This document shows, piece after piece, positions 63,437 through 64,000 of a stretch of 64,000 nucleotides of DNA. The first letter of the stretch is position 1. The number at the start of each line of letters is the position of its first letter. The DNA comes from Octopus bimaculoides (Eukaryota). The translations under genes and the position numbers were made by a program. The notes beneath the pieces were generated by a model. That model saw only the letters and a list, made by a program, of their open reading frames with translations, was not told the origin of the DNA and searched no databases. Location of the stretch: NCBI RefSeq assembly GCF_001194135.2, contig NC_068981.1, positions 110,680,923-110,744,922 on the forward strand, given 5' to 3'.

Positions 63437-63808
63437 ACGAGAATATAATTTATGCACGTCCACAAATTAGCACGCATGTCGCTCCAATTTTAGGAGGAGA
63501 TTCGTCATGATCCCATCTGCATTTCCGTCAACTTTTTCTCTCAGAGACACCCGCATATAGCTGTATAAAATCGATTTTCAACCATAACTTTTAACAATTT
63601 TCCCATCGGAGAAAGCTTCGATTGTTTACAAACAGGAGTTAAGTCCCCTTCTAGCGACGCACACGTTTTTGAAGACTTTTGTTGTTTTTTTTTTCCATCG
63701 AGGAAAAAAGTATTTTGTTGATATACGGGCAACACACACACACACATACGAACATGTATGCATACAAAAAATATGTATGCAATTGGTGTACGTATGTATG
63801 TGTGTTGC

Positions 63809-63841
<33 letters not shown>

Positions 63842-64000
63842 TATATATATATATATAGATAGATAGATAGGATGATAAATTGAATATTAATTCAATTTAA
63901 AACCAAGTGGCCTAGCATATAAAAAATCTGAAAATTTAGAAAAAATTGTATTACACGTGTATAAGGGATGACCACTAGGTGGACATCCAATATGCTAGAA

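Overview
AT-rich eukaryotic genomic DNA with many microsatellites and N gaps. The repeat content (RTE LINEs with (GAT)n tails, several tRNA-derived SINE families) suggests a cephalopod, most likely Octopus; this is an inference. The window is mostly decayed transposons: about nine RTE-clade LINE copies or fragments, a Penelope-like element (RT + GIY-YIG) plus three other PLE fragments, R4/Dong-like and HERO-like non-LTR remnants, CR1-like and Tx1/L1-like remnants, a mariner, a hAT fragment, a split Helitron, and two GGATCT-terminated TIR elements with 8-bp TSDs. Only one convincing host exon is visible (51470-51642, + strand, unidentified protein). The most notable structure is at 18112-18630. 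It is a TSD-flanked, head-to-head palindromic, tRNA-headed SINE whose two arms each carry a Penelope-type minimal hammerhead ribozyme motif. The nearby Penelope-like element has a similar motif, cut off by a gap, at its 3' end. All family assignments come from motifs I translated and recognised by eye; no database search was run.
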